Assembly: GCA_965197525.1 (NCBI GenBank)
Contig: OZ240211.1
Span: forward strand, 1,920,001 to 1,984,000
DNA length: 64,000 nucleotides
Reading direction: 5' to 3'
Origin: Nitrosopumilus sp.
GTDB taxonomy: Archaea > Thermoproteota > Nitrososphaeria > Nitrososphaerales > Nitrosopumilaceae
Shown here: positions 9,692-20,789 of the stretch, piece after piece
How the letters are laid out: each line of letters opens with the position of its first letter
Position numbering within the stretch: the first letter of the stretch is position 1
Translations under genes and position numbers: made by a program
Notes under the pieces: model-generated
The model's input: only the letters and a program-made list of their open reading frames with translations
The model's database searches: none
What the model was told of the DNA's origin: nothing

Positions 9692-11653
9692 ATGTATATA
9701 TTGGAACAGATACAAAAGTTTGAACTCATATCTGATTATACGCCTACAGGTGATCAGCCTCAAGCAATTAATGCCCTAGTTGACGGTGTCAATAAAAAGA
9801 CCGTTCAAACACTAGTTGGAGTTACCGGAAGCGGAAAGACATTCTCTATTGCAAATGTCATTGAGAGGACCGGAAAGAATACACTTGTAATCTCTCACAA
9901 CAAGACCCTTGCAGCACAACTTTATGCAGAACTAAAACAATTCTTCCCAAAAAACAACGTGGGATATTTTGTGTCTTACTATGACTATTATCAACCTGAG
10001 AGCTATATCCCTCAGACAGACACCTACATTGAGAAGGATACCCAAATCAACGAAAAGATCGAAAAGCTACGACTAGAGGCAACTGCCATGCTGTTGTCAG
10101 GAGAACCTACAATAATCGTATCAACCGTATCCTGCATCTACTCACTTGGAAACCCTAGTGACTGGGACAACTTGGCAGTTACACTTTGTGTCGGTGATGA
10201 GATAAAGCGAGACGACTTGATACGGCGATTCGTTGATGCACGATATGAGCGAAACGCAGTTCAAATTGCGCCGGGAAACTTTCGTGTAAAGGGGGATACC
10301 ATCAGTATTACACCTGCATACTCTGAAGATCTAGTTCGAATCTCCATGTTCGGCGACGAGATAGAAAAGATTACCCTGCTTGATCACGTCTCCCTCAAGG
10401 AGATAAAAAGACTGACACAGATACGCATCTATCCTGCCAAACACTATCTTATTGCAAAAGATGTACGAGAAAAGGCAGTCAAATCCATCAGAGACGAGCT
10501 AGAGGATCGTTTGCCTAAACTCAACGAGTTAGAAAAACAACGACTAGAGATGCGTACCAACTACGATTTAGAGATGATCGAAGAGTTAGGATACTGTTCC
10601 GGCATTGAAAATTATTCACGACATTTTGATGGAAGAGAACCAGGACAGCAAGCATTCTGTCTGATGGATTTTTTCGGCGATGACTATATTTTAGTCATTG
10701 ACGAGTCTCATGCGACGTTACCTCAATTACACGGCATGTACAAAGGTGATCATTCAAGAAAAGATCAACTAGTCACATACGGATTTAGACTGCCAAGCGC
10801 GTTTGATAACCGTCCACTGAAATTCGAAGAGTTCGAAGAGTACGTCAAAAACACCATCTTCGTTTCAGCAACTCCTGCAGACTATGAGCGAAAGAAATCT
10901 TCCCAGATAGTAGAACAACTAGTGCGTCCTACAGGATTGCTTGATCCTTTGATTCACATCAAACCTACAAGAGATCAGATGGACGATCTAATCTCAGAAA
11001 TTCAAAAAAGGGCCGAGAATTCTGAGCGCGTCCTTGTCACTACATTGACTAAACGAATGGCAGAAGACTTGACTGACTATCTCTCAAAAAAACTAGTCAG
11101 GGCAAGATATCTGCATTCAGAGATTCATGGCCTTGAACGTACTGAAATCATTAGGCAGTTACGTCTAGGAGAATTCGACGTTCTAGTTGGCATTAATCTG
11201 CTTCGCGAAGGGTTGGATATTCCTGAAGTATCTTTGGTTGCAGTATTTGATGCAGACCATGAAGGGTTTTTGCGAAATTTTACCAGTCTGGTTCAGACAT
11301 GTGGCAGGGCCGCAAGAAACGTAAACGGTTCTGTAATAATGTATGCTGATAAAATCACTCAATCTATGCAAAACACAATCAATGAGACTAGACGTCGTAG
11401 AGAGAAACAGATTCGTTACAACACAGAACATGACATCACTCCTCAAACCATAAAGAAATCAGTTCCCGAACAAGAAATAGTACTAGATGATGCCAAACTC
11501 AAATCCACTCATGATCTTGCAAACGACATCATAAACTTGGAAGCGCAAATGACTATTTATTCCAAAGAGTTGGATTTTGAACATGCAATAGAGTGCAGGG
11601 ATAGAATAAAAAGAATAAGAAAGGAGATTAAATTTAAAGATGGCAGAAAGTAA
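9692..11653 (+). CDS. uvrB: Excinuclease ABC subunit B
   Basis: GVTGSGKT, SYYDYYQPESY, DESH, GINLLREGLDIPEV. Start more likely at ATG 9692 or TTG 9701 than at 9632. Confidence 0.97.
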   Translation: MYILEQIQKFELISDYTPTGDQPQAINALVDGVNKKTVQTLVGVTGSGKTFSIANVIERTGKNTLVISHNKTLAAQLYAELKQFFPKNNVGYFVSYYDYYQPESYIPQTDTYIEKDTQINEKIEKLRLEATAMLLSGEPTIIVSTVSCIYSLGNPSDWDNLAVTLCVGDEIKRDDLIRRFVDARYERNAVQIAPGNFRVKGDTISITPAYSEDLVRISMFGDEIEKITLLDHVSLKEIKRLTQIRIYPAKHYLIAKDVREKAVKSIRDELEDRLPKLNELEKQRLEMRTNYDLEMIEELGYCSGIENYSRHFDGREPGQQAFCLMDFFGDDYILVIDESHATLPQLHGMYKGDHSRKDQLVTYGFRLPSAFDNRPLKFEEFEEYVKNTIFVSATPADYERKKSSQIVEQLVRPTGLLDPLIHIKPTRDQMDDLISEIQKRAENSERVLVTTLTKRMAEDLTDYLSKKLVRARYLHSEIHGLERTEIIRQLRLGEFDVLVGINLLREGLDIPEVSLVAVFDADHEGFLRNFTSLVQTCGRAARNVNGSVIMYADKITQSMQNTINETRRRREKQIRYNTEHDITPQTIKKSVPEQEIVLDDAKLKSTHDLANDIINLEAQMTIYSKELDFEHAIECRDRIKRIRKEIKFKDGRK

Positions 11654-14465
11654 ACTAAAGATTCGTGGGGCGCGACATCATAATCTCAAGAACGTTGATA
11701 TTGATATTCCAAAAAACAAGCTAATAGTTATCAGTGGACTTTCAGGGTCTGGCAAATCAACACTTGCATTTGATACCATATATGCAGAGGGTCAAAGACG
11801 TTACGTAGAATCTCTTTCAGCGTATGCGCGGCAGTTCTTAGAGATGATGGACAAGCCAGACGTTGATTCTATTGAAGGTCTGTCTCCTGCTATCTCTATA
11901 CAACAAAAAACTACCAGTAAAAATCCCCGCTCCACCGTAGGAACTACTACTGAGATATACGACTACATGCGATTGTTGTTTGCACGAATAGGCGTTCCCT
12001 ATTGTACCAACTGTGGCAGAAAGGTATCGACCCAGTCAATAGAGCGAATATGTGATTCTGTCCTAAAGGATTTTTCAGGAAAGAAGATACTGGTGTTAGC
12101 ACCACTCATACAGAGAAAGAAAGGAACATACGAAAAACTATTCGAGCAAATAAAAAAAGATGGCTATCTGCGAGTGCGTCTAAACGGTGATATTCTAAAC
12201 CTTGATGACTCAATCCCTCCGCTTGACAGGCAAAAGTGGCATAACATTGAGATTGTAGTTGATAGAATCACTGTAGAGAAATCTGAACGATCTCGATTGT
12301 TTGAGGGGATACAGACTGCAATTACTGCATCAAAGGGAGATGTAATGATAGCTGCTGAGAAATCCGAAAAAATCTTTTCGCAAAATAATGCCTGTCCTTA
12401 CTGTGGATTAACGGTAGGTGAGTTAGAGCCCAGATCCTTTTCATTTAATTCTCCGTTTGGTATGTGTAAAACTTGCAATGGTCTTGGTGTAAAGATGGAG
12501 TTTGATGCTGACCTAGTCATACCTGATAAAACAAAATCAATTTTGGACGGTGCCATAATTCCATGGAGTGGAAGATTCTCATCATTCAGACGTCAAGCAT
12601 TACAAGCCGTTGGGAAAAAATTTGGATTTGATTTGATGACTCCCATTAATAAAATAAAGCCACAATACCTTCAGATTATACTGCATGGCACATCTGATCT
12701 TATTGATTTTAACTATCGATCAAAGTCAGGGGATATGTCATGGCAGCATGTAAATACATTTGAGGGCGTATTGAAGAATCTACAACGCGCCTTTATGGAG
12801 ACTGACTCTGAGTCAAAACGGGAGTGGCTCAAACAGTTCATGAGGGACACTCCTTGTACTGCGTGCAGTGGTCAAAAACTAAAACCAGAATCTCTGGCAG
12901 TAAAGATCAACAAACTAGGAATAATGGATGTATGTAACCTATCCATTGACCATTGCTATGATTTTTTTTCTACTTTGAAACTAACTGAAAATGAGCAATA
13001 CATAGCGCGAGATATTCTCAAGGAGATCAAAGAACGCCTCGAGTTCTTAAAAAATGTCGGACTAAACTATCTTACACTGAATCGCCTAAGTTCTACCCTG
13101 TCAGGCGGTGAATCCCAAAGGATTAGGCTGGCAACCCAGATTGGTTCTAACTTGACTGGCGTTCTGTACGTACTTGATGAGCCTACGATTGGGTTGCATC
13201 AGCGTGACAATGCACGACTGATTAAGACGCTAAACAAGTTGAGAAATCTGGGAAATACAGTCATAGTTGTGGAACATGACGAGGAGGTTATACGAAGTTC
13301 AGATTGGATTGTGGATTTGGGACCTGGTGCCGGCGTTCATGGCGGAAGTGTTGTCTTTGAGGGGACTGTGAACCAAATTTTGCGAGGACGCAAATCAATA
13401 ACTGGCAAATATCTCAAGGAATCGTCTCTGATCACTCTGAGTGACAAAATTCGTAATCCTTTTGGTTCTTTGAATGTAAGGGGTGCATCTGAGAACAATC
13501 TCAAAAATATAGATGTACAAATTCCACTCGGTCTATTTGTATCCATAACTGGTGTCTCTGGTTCTGGTAAATCCACATTGATAAATGATATCTTGCTAAA
13601 GACACTTGAAAGTCATTTTTACAAATCAAATACAAGACCTGGACGCAATGCCGGTATTACTGGCATTGAAAATATTGACAAGGTTATTGCAATTGATCAA
13701 TCTCCGATTGGAAGGACGCCACGTTCGAATCCTGCCACATACATTGGCGCCTTTACTCCTATTCGAGAGTTGTATTCCAGTACTGCATTATCAAAAGAGC
13801 GGGGGTATATGCCTGGACAATTCTCTTTTAATGTTCCAGTTGGCAGATGCTTTGCATGTGATGGCGACGGCGTAAAAAAAATAGAGATGCAATTCCTCTC
13901 TGATGTTTATGTAAAGTGTGATGAGTGTAAGGGAAAGAGATACAACACCGAGACACTGTCTGTGCTGTACAAGGGGAAAAACATCTCAGATATTTTGGAT
14001 ATGACAGTTTATGAAGCATTAAACTTTTTTGAGAATGTTCCTGCAATAAAGCGAAAACTGCAGACCGTTTATGATGTAGGATTGGGCTATATCAAGCTAG
14101 GACAATCCTCTACCACACTGTCAGGTGGTGAGGCGCAAAGAGTAAAACTTGCATCTGAATTATCAAAACGTGGTACTGGAAAGACATTTTACATCTTAGA
14201 TGAGCCTACGACCGGCTTGCATTTTGCCGACGTCCAAAAACTACTAGACGTCCTTAATCGTCTAGTGAATCTTGGAAATACCGTAGTTGTAATAGAACAT
14301 AACATGGATGTAATTAAAAACTCTGATTGGTTAATTGACTTGGGACCTGAGGGCGGTGATGAGGGCGGTCAAATCGTGGCTACTGGCACGCCTCTAGATA
14401 TTGCCAAAGCTCCCGGAAGTTACACTGGCAAATACCTGAAAAAACTCTTGAAAAATGGCCTTTGA
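11640..14465 (+). CDS. uvrA: Excinuclease ABC subunit A
   Basis: Two ABC cassettes (GLSGSGKS, GVSGSGKS, LSGGESQR, LSGGEAQR) and zinc fingers. Confidence 0.98.
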   Translation: MAESKLKIRGARHHNLKNVDIDIPKNKLIVISGLSGSGKSTLAFDTIYAEGQRRYVESLSAYARQFLEMMDKPDVDSIEGLSPAISIQQKTTSKNPRSTVGTTTEIYDYMRLLFARIGVPYCTNCGRKVSTQSIERICDSVLKDFSGKKILVLAPLIQRKKGTYEKLFEQIKKDGYLRVRLNGDILNLDDSIPPLDRQKWHNIEIVVDRITVEKSERSRLFEGIQTAITASKGDVMIAAEKSEKIFSQNNACPYCGLTVGELEPRSFSFNSPFGMCKTCNGLGVKMEFDADLVIPDKTKSILDGAIIPWSGRFSSFRRQALQAVGKKFGFDLMTPINKIKPQYLQIILHGTSDLIDFNYRSKSGDMSWQHVNTFEGVLKNLQRAFMETDSESKREWLKQFMRDTPCTACSGQKLKPESLAVKINKLGIMDVCNLSIDHCYDFFSTLKLTENEQYIARDILKEIKERLEFLKNVGLNYLTLNRLSSTLSGGESQRIRLATQIGSNLTGVLYVLDEPTIGLHQRDNARLIKTLNKLRNLGNTVIVVEHDEEVIRSSDWIVDLGPGAGVHGGSVVFEGTVNQILRGRKSITGKYLKESSLITLSDKIRNPFGSLNVRGASENNLKNIDVQIPLGLFVSITGVSGSGKSTLINDILLKTLESHFYKSNTRPGRNAGITGIENIDKVIAIDQSPIGRTPRSNPATYIGAFTPIRELYSSTALSKERGYMPGQFSFNVPVGRCFACDGDGVKKIEMQFLSDVYVKCDECKGKRYNTETLSVLYKGKNISDILDMTVYEALNFFENVPAIKRKLQTVYDVGLGYIKLGQSSTTLSGGEAQRVKLASELSKRGTGKTFYILDEPTTGLHFADVQKLLDVLNRLVNLGNTVVVIEHNMDVIKNSDWLIDLGPEGGDEGGQIVATGTPLDIAKAPGSYTGKYLKKLLKNGL

Positions 14466-16068
14466 TATATCCAAACTCGTCATTCCCACAGATCCTGGAA
14501 TCTACCTGATGAAGGATGCTGATAGCACAATCATCTATATCGGAAAGGCAAAAAACCTGAGGAACCGAGTCAGGACTTATTTTAACAAAAACCAAAATTA
14601 CAAGACTCAGAAACTAGTGGAATACATATCTGATATCGAGTTTGTATTAACTGACAATGAAAGTGAGGCATTTCTCTTGGAATCAAATATGATAAAGAAA
14701 CACCGTCCCAAGTTTAACATCGAGTTAAAGGATCAGCAGAGATACACATATCTTCGTATTTCAGATGAGGCGTATCCCCGTCTGCTGGTTACAAGAAGAA
14801 CTCGAAATGGAAAGTTCTTGGGAAAAGGAAAGATTTTTGGACCATTCACACATGGCAGCTCAAAGTTACTTACCATCGGCACTCTGAGAAAGGCATTCCA
14901 AATCCGAATCTGCAAAACCCTTCCCAAAAAAGTCTGCCTTGAGTATCATTTGGGAAATTGTCAAGGGCCATGTGAATTCAAAAATGCCCAAGAACAGTAT
15001 CCTAAACATGTTGCAGCGTTACAAGACGTACTCAAGAATACAAACCAATCTAAAATCTTTACAAAAAAGCTGACAGAAGAGATGCAACAAGCAGCCCAAT
15101 TACAGCAATTTGAGCGCGCAAAAGAGATTAGAGATACGCTAGTTCGACTCGGAAGTCTTCAGAGTAAACAAAAAATGGAGTATGTTGAGAATTCTGATGA
15201 AGAGTACTTTGGAATGGGAGTCAAAGCTGACTCTGTCACTGTTATGAATTTCAGAATGGTCAATGGTGTGATAAGGGATAGCGACAAGTTCTTTTTTGAT
15301 CTTGTAGGCGATAACTCTTTTTCCAATTTTCTGTACCAGTATTACTCTACCCATAAAATTCCCAAACTTATTCTTGTAAGTCATGTTCCTGCAAATAAAG
15401 AGTTGTTGGAATCTCTGTTCTCAAAACAATCTGGTTTTTCTGTAAGGATACTCTCTCCGATTAGGGGCAAGAAGAAAGAGGTAATTGATCTTATCTTGAA
15501 AAATATTAATCTGGCTCATCTAAAAGGAGGCAATCCTGGACTAGTAGAACTAAAAGACGTACTGCACCTTCCTGTCATACCTAATGTCATTGAATGTTTT
15601 GACATCTCTAACCACGGAGATGATTTTGCAGTGGGTTCCATGTCTAGGTTTGTTGATGGGACTCCTGACAAGTCAGGTTATAGGAAATTCAAGATTAAAA
15701 CAGTATATGGACGAAACGATTTTGCAATGATTGCTGAGATAATAAAAAGGAGGTATTACAGGTTGCTAGAAGAGCACTCTGAACTTCCGGATTTGGTATT
15801 AATTGATGGTGGCAAAGGACAACTAAATGCCGCTCTGGATTCACTGGCATCGCTTGGATTGAAATTGCCCTGTATCTCTTTAGCTAAAGAAAATGAAGAG
15901 GTTTATGTTCCTAAAAATAGGAGACCGGTCTTGATTCCTAAATACAAATCATCATTGAAGATATTACAGTATGCTAGAGATGAAGCCCATCGATTTGGTG
16001 TGACGTATAATAAAACAATATTGCAAAACAAAATAAGAAAAGGAAAATCTTCTCCCGATTCATCATAA
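14455..16068 (+). CDS. uvrC: Excinuclease ABC subunit C
   Basis: GIY-YIG (PGIYLM...IYIGKAKNLRNRV), ECFDISN, LIDGGKGQL, RDEAHRF; no C-terminal HhH visible. Confidence 0.95.
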   Translation: MAFDISKLVIPTDPGIYLMKDADSTIIYIGKAKNLRNRVRTYFNKNQNYKTQKLVEYISDIEFVLTDNESEAFLLESNMIKKHRPKFNIELKDQQRYTYLRISDEAYPRLLVTRRTRNGKFLGKGKIFGPFTHGSSKLLTIGTLRKAFQIRICKTLPKKVCLEYHLGNCQGPCEFKNAQEQYPKHVAALQDVLKNTNQSKIFTKKLTEEMQQAAQLQQFERAKEIRDTLVRLGSLQSKQKMEYVENSDEEYFGMGVKADSVTVMNFRMVNGVIRDSDKFFFDLVGDNSFSNFLYQYYSTHKIPKLILVSHVPANKELLESLFSKQSGFSVRILSPIRGKKKEVIDLILKNINLAHLKGGNPGLVELKDVLHLPVIPNVIECFDISNHGDDFAVGSMSRFVDGTPDKSGYRKFKIKTVYGRNDFAMIAEIIKRRYYRLLEEHSELPDLVLIDGGKGQLNAALDSLASLGLKLPCISLAKENEEVYVPKNRRPVLIPKYKSSLKILQYARDEAHRFGVTYNKTILQNKIRKGKSSPDSS

Positions 16069-16145
16069 CCCCATCAGTATCTTCAAATACTGCATGTGAA
16101 TGTGCTCTGCAACATGATTAGAGCATTGTTTGAAAAATCAACTAG

Positions 16146-17318
16146 TTATTTTCTAAGATCCAGTGTTTTGTACTCACAGCCCTGCGGTCCGCAGTATTTT
16201 CCTACATAGACTGCTTTTGGTCTGTATAGTGCAGGTTTTGGTGCTGCTTCTGCAAATTTTTCCTCAATGATGTGTGCTGCCCATCCTACCACTCTTGCGA
16301 TTGCAAATATTGGAGTGTTGAGATCTACTGGTATCTTTAGCATGTAGTAAATGGAGGCGCTATACAAATCCACGTTTGGATAAATGTCCCGATTTTTTTT
16401 GGCTTTCATTTCAGATATGGTTGCAGTCTCTATTGCCTCTGTTAAATCAAACCACGGCTCTTTGGTTTTTTCTGCTAGTTTTCTTGATAGCTCTTTTAGT
16501 ACCTGTGCTCTTGGATCGTACGTTCTATACACTGCATGACCCATTCCCATTATTCTGTGTCCTGCTGCCATCTCTTCTGTGATCCAATTGTTAACCTTGT
16601 CAATATGCTTAATCTCTAGTAACATCTTCATCACTTCTGTATTGGCTCCACCGTGAAGCTCTCCACTCAATGCTCCAATTGCCGCACTGGCAGCAGAATA
16701 CATATGCGCTCTAGTTGACGCAACCTGCCTTGCTGTAAATGTTGATGCGTTAAACGTATGATCCGCGTGGAGAATCAGGCATACGTCAAAGATCTTCTCA
16801 ACCTCGGGATCCGGCTTTTCCCCTGACATCATATACAGAAAATTTGCAGCATGGCCTAGTGATGAGTCGGGGTCTACTAGATCTAGCCCGTTTCGTATTC
16901 TCTGCCAACTAGCGATAATTGTGGGAACTTTGGCTATCAGGTTGATAGCTTTGTCATAACTGGCTTCTTTGCTTGAAAATTCTTCATCATAGTATCCTGC
17001 AAGTGCTGATACGAATGCCTGAAGCATGTCCATTGGGTCTGCATCCTTTCTCCAGTTTCCCATGTTTTTTTGCATCTGCTTTGGGATGTATCTTGCCTCG
17101 ATTAGCTTTGTATTGAATTCCTCTAACTGCTCTTTTGTTGGCAGGTCATCGTAAATCAGTAGGTACGCAGTTTCCTCAAACGATGATTTTTTTGTAAGAT
17201 CCAAAATGTCAAATCCACGATAAATAAGCTTCCCTTTCTCCCCATCAATATTTGAAATTTTTGTATCTGCAACTTCAATTCCACGCAGGCCGATATTCTT
17301 TGTTTCCATATCGAACAT
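16146..17318 (-). CDS. gltA: Citrate synthase
   Basis: LHADHTFNAST, LHGGAN, GMGHAVY, YPNVDLY. Confidence 0.93.
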   Translation of the reverse strand: MFDMETKNIGLRGIEVADTKISNIDGEKGKLIYRGFDILDLTKKSSFEETAYLLIYDDLPTKEQLEEFNTKLIEARYIPKQMQKNMGNWRKDADPMDMLQAFVSALAGYYDEEFSSKEASYDKAINLIAKVPTIIASWQRIRNGLDLVDPDSSLGHAANFLYMMSGEKPDPEVEKIFDVCLILHADHTFNASTFTARQVASTRAHMYSAASAAIGALSGELHGGANTEVMKMLLEIKHIDKVNNWITEEMAAGHRIMGMGHAVYRTYDPRAQVLKELSRKLAEKTKEPWFDLTEAIETATISEMKAKKNRDIYPNVDLYSASIYYMLKIPVDLNTPIFAIARVVGWAAHIIEEKFAEAAPKPALYRPKAVYVGKYCGPQGCEYKTLDLRK

Positions 17319-17424
17319 TATACATACGATTAATTATATTTTGTCTAAAATATGGTATAAATTTAGTAATTAGTCTATTCTTTCAACTTTTGATACTAAA
17401 TATTCAATTTTCATTAAAAATTAA

Positions 17425-17616
17425 ATGACTCCTAGCGAGCGTAAACAACTGAAAAAACTGGATGATCTGATACTGCACGCATCATGTCTTGAACTAAAAA
17501 AAATTCAGGCAATTGACTACCAAACCCAGATGGAATGCGTACCATTTTATGATATTTATCTTGATTCTAGTTCACTAGTTAGTAAAGCTGCTACACGTTC
17601 AGTTAAGAAACCTTGA
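17425..17616 (+). CDS. Small hypothetical protein
   Basis: 63-aa ORF between two core genes; no recognised motif. Confidence 0.5.
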   Translation: MTPSERKQLKKLDDLILHASCLELKKIQAIDYQTQMECVPFYDIYLDSSSLVSKAATRSVKKP

Positions 17617-17663
17617 TTCTACATTCTTCATTTAAATGAGGGTCTTTAATTTTTTAATCTATA

Positions 17664-18770
17664 TTGGCATCATTATCTAAACCCAAAAAAGCTGCATCCA
17701 AAGTTTTGAAGTCTCCTGCTAAAAAAACAGCGACCAAAACAGCAACTACTAAAAAAACCTTGAAACCGTCTGTTAAAAAAACTCCTACACAGAAACGAAC
17801 CAAGATAGTCTGTATATCTCACAAGGAAGATGCCGATGGAATTAGTTCTGCAGCATTAATCAGACAGGCTTTCGGCGGTGATGCAATTCTAGTTGATTAT
17901 CCCGGTCAGATGGATGCATTAACCCAAGTCCTCGATGATCAAAAATTAAAATCGTTATTCATATGTGATCTTGGGTTGAGTAAAAACACACAGGATCAAT
18001 TTGTTGATATTCTAACCGCTCTTAGAAAGAAAAGAGTCTCAGTTACCTATATTGATCATCACGACATTGATCCTACTGTTGTAGCATCTCTAAAAAAGAT
18101 CAAAGTAAAGATTATCCACGATATCAACGAGTGTACTGCTGTACAGGTTTACAATGCATATGCCTCTAAATTAAATGATCATGCATCCTTTATTGCTACA
18201 TGTGCTGCCATTACTGATTATATGGAAGATAGGCCTATTGGCTCAAAACTACTTCAAATTTATGATAGGCAATTTGCTTTGATTAGCGCTACTGTTCTTA
18301 CTTATAATATAGTGGGACATCAGAAAGACCCTGATTATTTACAATATCTAGTTGAGGAATTAGCAGACTCTAAATTTCCACACGAGATACCAAACACGTT
18401 TGAATTTGCACAAATTCAGGTAGAAAAACTATCTCAGATGATTGCCAAAGTAAAACAGGGATTAAAAAAGATGAAAAACCTCAGCCATATGGAAATTTTA
18501 GATGCCGGTGCAAGTGGTGCAGTTAATTTTGTCATGGGTTTGTCTGGAAAGGATGTAGGAGTTGCCTATAAAGAACGAGTTGACTATGGCATTTATGCCG
18601 TTTCAGTTAGGGGTTCTAAAAACTGCCAGGTTCATTTGGGCAAAATTGTAAACGTTTTGGCAACTAGTCTTGGCGGTTCTGGCGGCGGTCATGATAAGGC
18701 ATGTGGTGCTGTAGTTCCAAAGGCTAAAATCAAAAAATTCCTCACCGAGTTAAATAAACAAATCAAATAA
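17664..18770 (+). CDS. DHH/DHHA1 family phosphoesterase with Lys-rich N-terminal tail
   Basis: HKEDADG, DLG, YIDHH, GGGH..ACG. Confidence 0.88.
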   Translation: MASLSKPKKAASKVLKSPAKKTATKTATTKKTLKPSVKKTPTQKRTKIVCISHKEDADGISSAALIRQAFGGDAILVDYPGQMDALTQVLDDQKLKSLFICDLGLSKNTQDQFVDILTALRKKRVSVTYIDHHDIDPTVVASLKKIKVKIIHDINECTAVQVYNAYASKLNDHASFIATCAAITDYMEDRPIGSKLLQIYDRQFALISATVLTYNIVGHQKDPDYLQYLVEELADSKFPHEIPNTFEFAQIQVEKLSQMIAKVKQGLKKMKNLSHMEILDAGASGAVNFVMGLSGKDVGVAYKERVDYGIYAVSVRGSKNCQVHLGKIVNVLATSLGGSGGGHDKACGAVVPKAKIKKFLTELNKQIK

Positions 18771-19049
18771 CTGGCACCTTTTTGTGTTTTTGACTACTGA
18801 ATAAGATTTTTGTATTAATGTATTAGTTAATTCTCGTTGGTATTATTGTTATATGTATATACATTACTAAATCTTATTACTTTGTTCGTCTCAGATGATT
18901 TTTCTATTTCTTTATTATTGTTATTTTATTCATGGCATTTCATTATACTATGATTTTTGTACATCCCAGTGATGTCTATGTACGCTATACTTGAAAATCC
19001 ATTAATAATTTCCTAACAATTTATAACAATTTTTTAATATTTTGTAAAC

Positions 19050-20294
19050 ATGAGTTATTTTGTATTGAACTTAAAAATTCTAGTCATACTCATAGCAGCT
19101 GGCTTGGGGGTTGCTGTTATTGTTGGTGTTGCTACATCGTCTTTGGTACCTGGTGACTCTATAACTGACACTGCCAAAGAAACCATGCCTGATACTACCA
19201 AAGAAACCATGCCTGATACTACCAAAGAAACCATGCCTGATACTACCAAAGAAACCATGCCTGATACTACTACTGCACTCCAATCTGACACCATGAATCT
19301 TATATCCACGGAATTTCCTCTCATGGAGACTAATGGCGTTAAGCACTTGATCCCACTTGAGAAGATAAGAGGCGGAGGACCTGAAAAAGACGGTATTCCA
19401 TCAATTGATGATCCTATGTTTGCTCCAGTTTCTGACTCTGACTTTATTTCTGACTCTGACACTGTCCTTGGATTACATATTAACGGTGAGTCAAAAGCAT
19501 ATCCACTCTCTATACTAGTCTGGCATGAAATTGTAAATGATGCCGTAGGCAACACCCCTGTCTCTGTGACTTATTGTCCTCTATGTTATACTAATCAGGT
19601 CTTTGTGCGAGTAATTGACGGTAAAGTAGTCGAGTTTGGAACGTCTGGCAAGCTATACAATAGCAATCTGTTGATGTATGATCGACTCACCGATTCGTAT
19701 TGGAGTCAGGCACTTGGATTGGCAGTCAAAGGTGAACTGAGTGGCTACAAATTAGATTTGGTACCATTTGATGTGATTACTTGGGGTGATTGGAAGTCAT
19801 TACACCCTGATACCGTTGTATTGACAACTGATACAGGTTTTATTCGTCCCTATGATGTTGATCCGTACGGAAATTATTATACTGAACCTCGAATAATGTT
19901 CCCGGTAGAACATAGGGATGATCGACTCCCTCTCAAAGAGATAATTATTGGATTTCAACATGATGGTGTATACAAGGCATATGCACAAAATGATATAGAA
20001 TCAAATACTGTCATCAATGACTCCATTGGTGAGAATCCGATACTCTTGGTGTCATTATTCTCGCAGAACTCTCGTTCCTTTGAGCGAACACTTGACGGCA
20101 ATGTTTTAGATTTTGTTCTCCAAGATGATGCGATCATCGATGTACAAACTAGCTCTGAGTGGAATTACGACGGATTATCCATATCGGGTGAATACGCTGG
20201 AGAACAACTAGAACGAATACCAAACGAACCAGGGTTCTGGTTTGAATGGGTAGCCTTTCATCCTGATACACTACTTTACGGTGATGATCTGTAG
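19050..20294 (+). CDS. DUF3179-family membrane-anchored protein
   Basis: N-terminal TM helix; GGPEKDGIPSIDDP, WHEIVND, TYCPLC, GTSGKLYNSNLLMYDR, FWFEWVAFHP. Confidence 0.85.
   Translation: MSYFVLNLKILVILIAAGLGVAVIVGVATSSLVPGDSITDTAKETMPDTTKETMPDTTKETMPDTTKETMPDTTTALQSDTMNLISTEFPLMETNGVKHLIPLEKIRGGGPEKDGIPSIDDPMFAPVSDSDFISDSDTVLGLHINGESKAYPLSILVWHEIVNDAVGNTPVSVTYCPLCYTNQVFVRVIDGKVVEFGTSGKLYNSNLLMYDRLTDSYWSQALGLAVKGELSGYKLDLVPFDVITWGDWKSLHPDTVVLTTDTGFIRPYDVDPYGNYYTEPRIMFPVEHRDDRLPLKEIIIGFQHDGVYKAYAQNDIESNTVINDSIGENPILLVSLFSQNSRSFERTLDGNVLDFVLQDDAIIDVQTSSEWNYDGLSISGEYAGEQLERIPNEPGFWFEWVAFHPDTLLYGDDL
19167..19270 (+). repeat. 24-bp coding tandem repeat (DTTKETMP x4 plus partial)
   Basis: GATACTACCAAAGAAACCATGCCT units; the first has two substitutions. 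Confidence 0.95.
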
Positions 20295-20789
20295 ATGAAC
20301 CCTGTTACCAAGGCCGTCATTGCTGGAATATTAACCATCACAGTCTATCTATCTGTAGTTGTAATTACCACCCCTGCACTTGAACCACTAGATGCTGTCA
20401 ATGCAGCATTTCAACTAAATTCCATTGTAATTATTGGTATGGGCGCTGGAATTGGATTACAGATATTCCTTTCTGAAAAAAGCAAGTTGTTAGGATGTAA
20501 TATTGGTATGAAACGAAAATCTCTTGGAGGAGGAGGTACAGGAAGCACAGCTGCTACATCTTTCTTTTCATTCTTCTCTTTGATTCCTTTAGGATGTTGT
20601 GGCTGGTGGCTGTATGCGTTGTCTTTACTTCCAAGTGTAGTTGGAACCGGCGTGTCTGCTGTATTAATCGAGCACAGCCAGGTTTTGGCATATCTGGGAT
20701 TGGTAATAGTTTTTGGATTTGCAGCACTAACTGCTTACAAGTTAAAACGCGCATTACTATACAAAAATCTGTCAATCAACCTTGACTGA
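20295..20789 (+). CDS. Multi-pass membrane protein with a Cys-Cys motif
   Basis: About four hydrophobic segments, LGCCGWW; starts immediately after the DUF3179 stop. Confidence 0.65.
   Translation: MNPVTKAVIAGILTITVYLSVVVITTPALEPLDAVNAAFQLNSIVIIGMGAGIGLQIFLSEKSKLLGCNIGMKRKSLGGGGTGSTAATSFFSFFSLIPLGCCGWWLYALSLLPSVVGTGVSAVLIEHSQVLAYLGLVIVFGFAALTAYKLKRALLYKNLSINLD

Noticed and set aside
19167-19270. 24-bp repeats resembling CRISPR or iterons
   Set aside because: No spacers; they form a coding linker.
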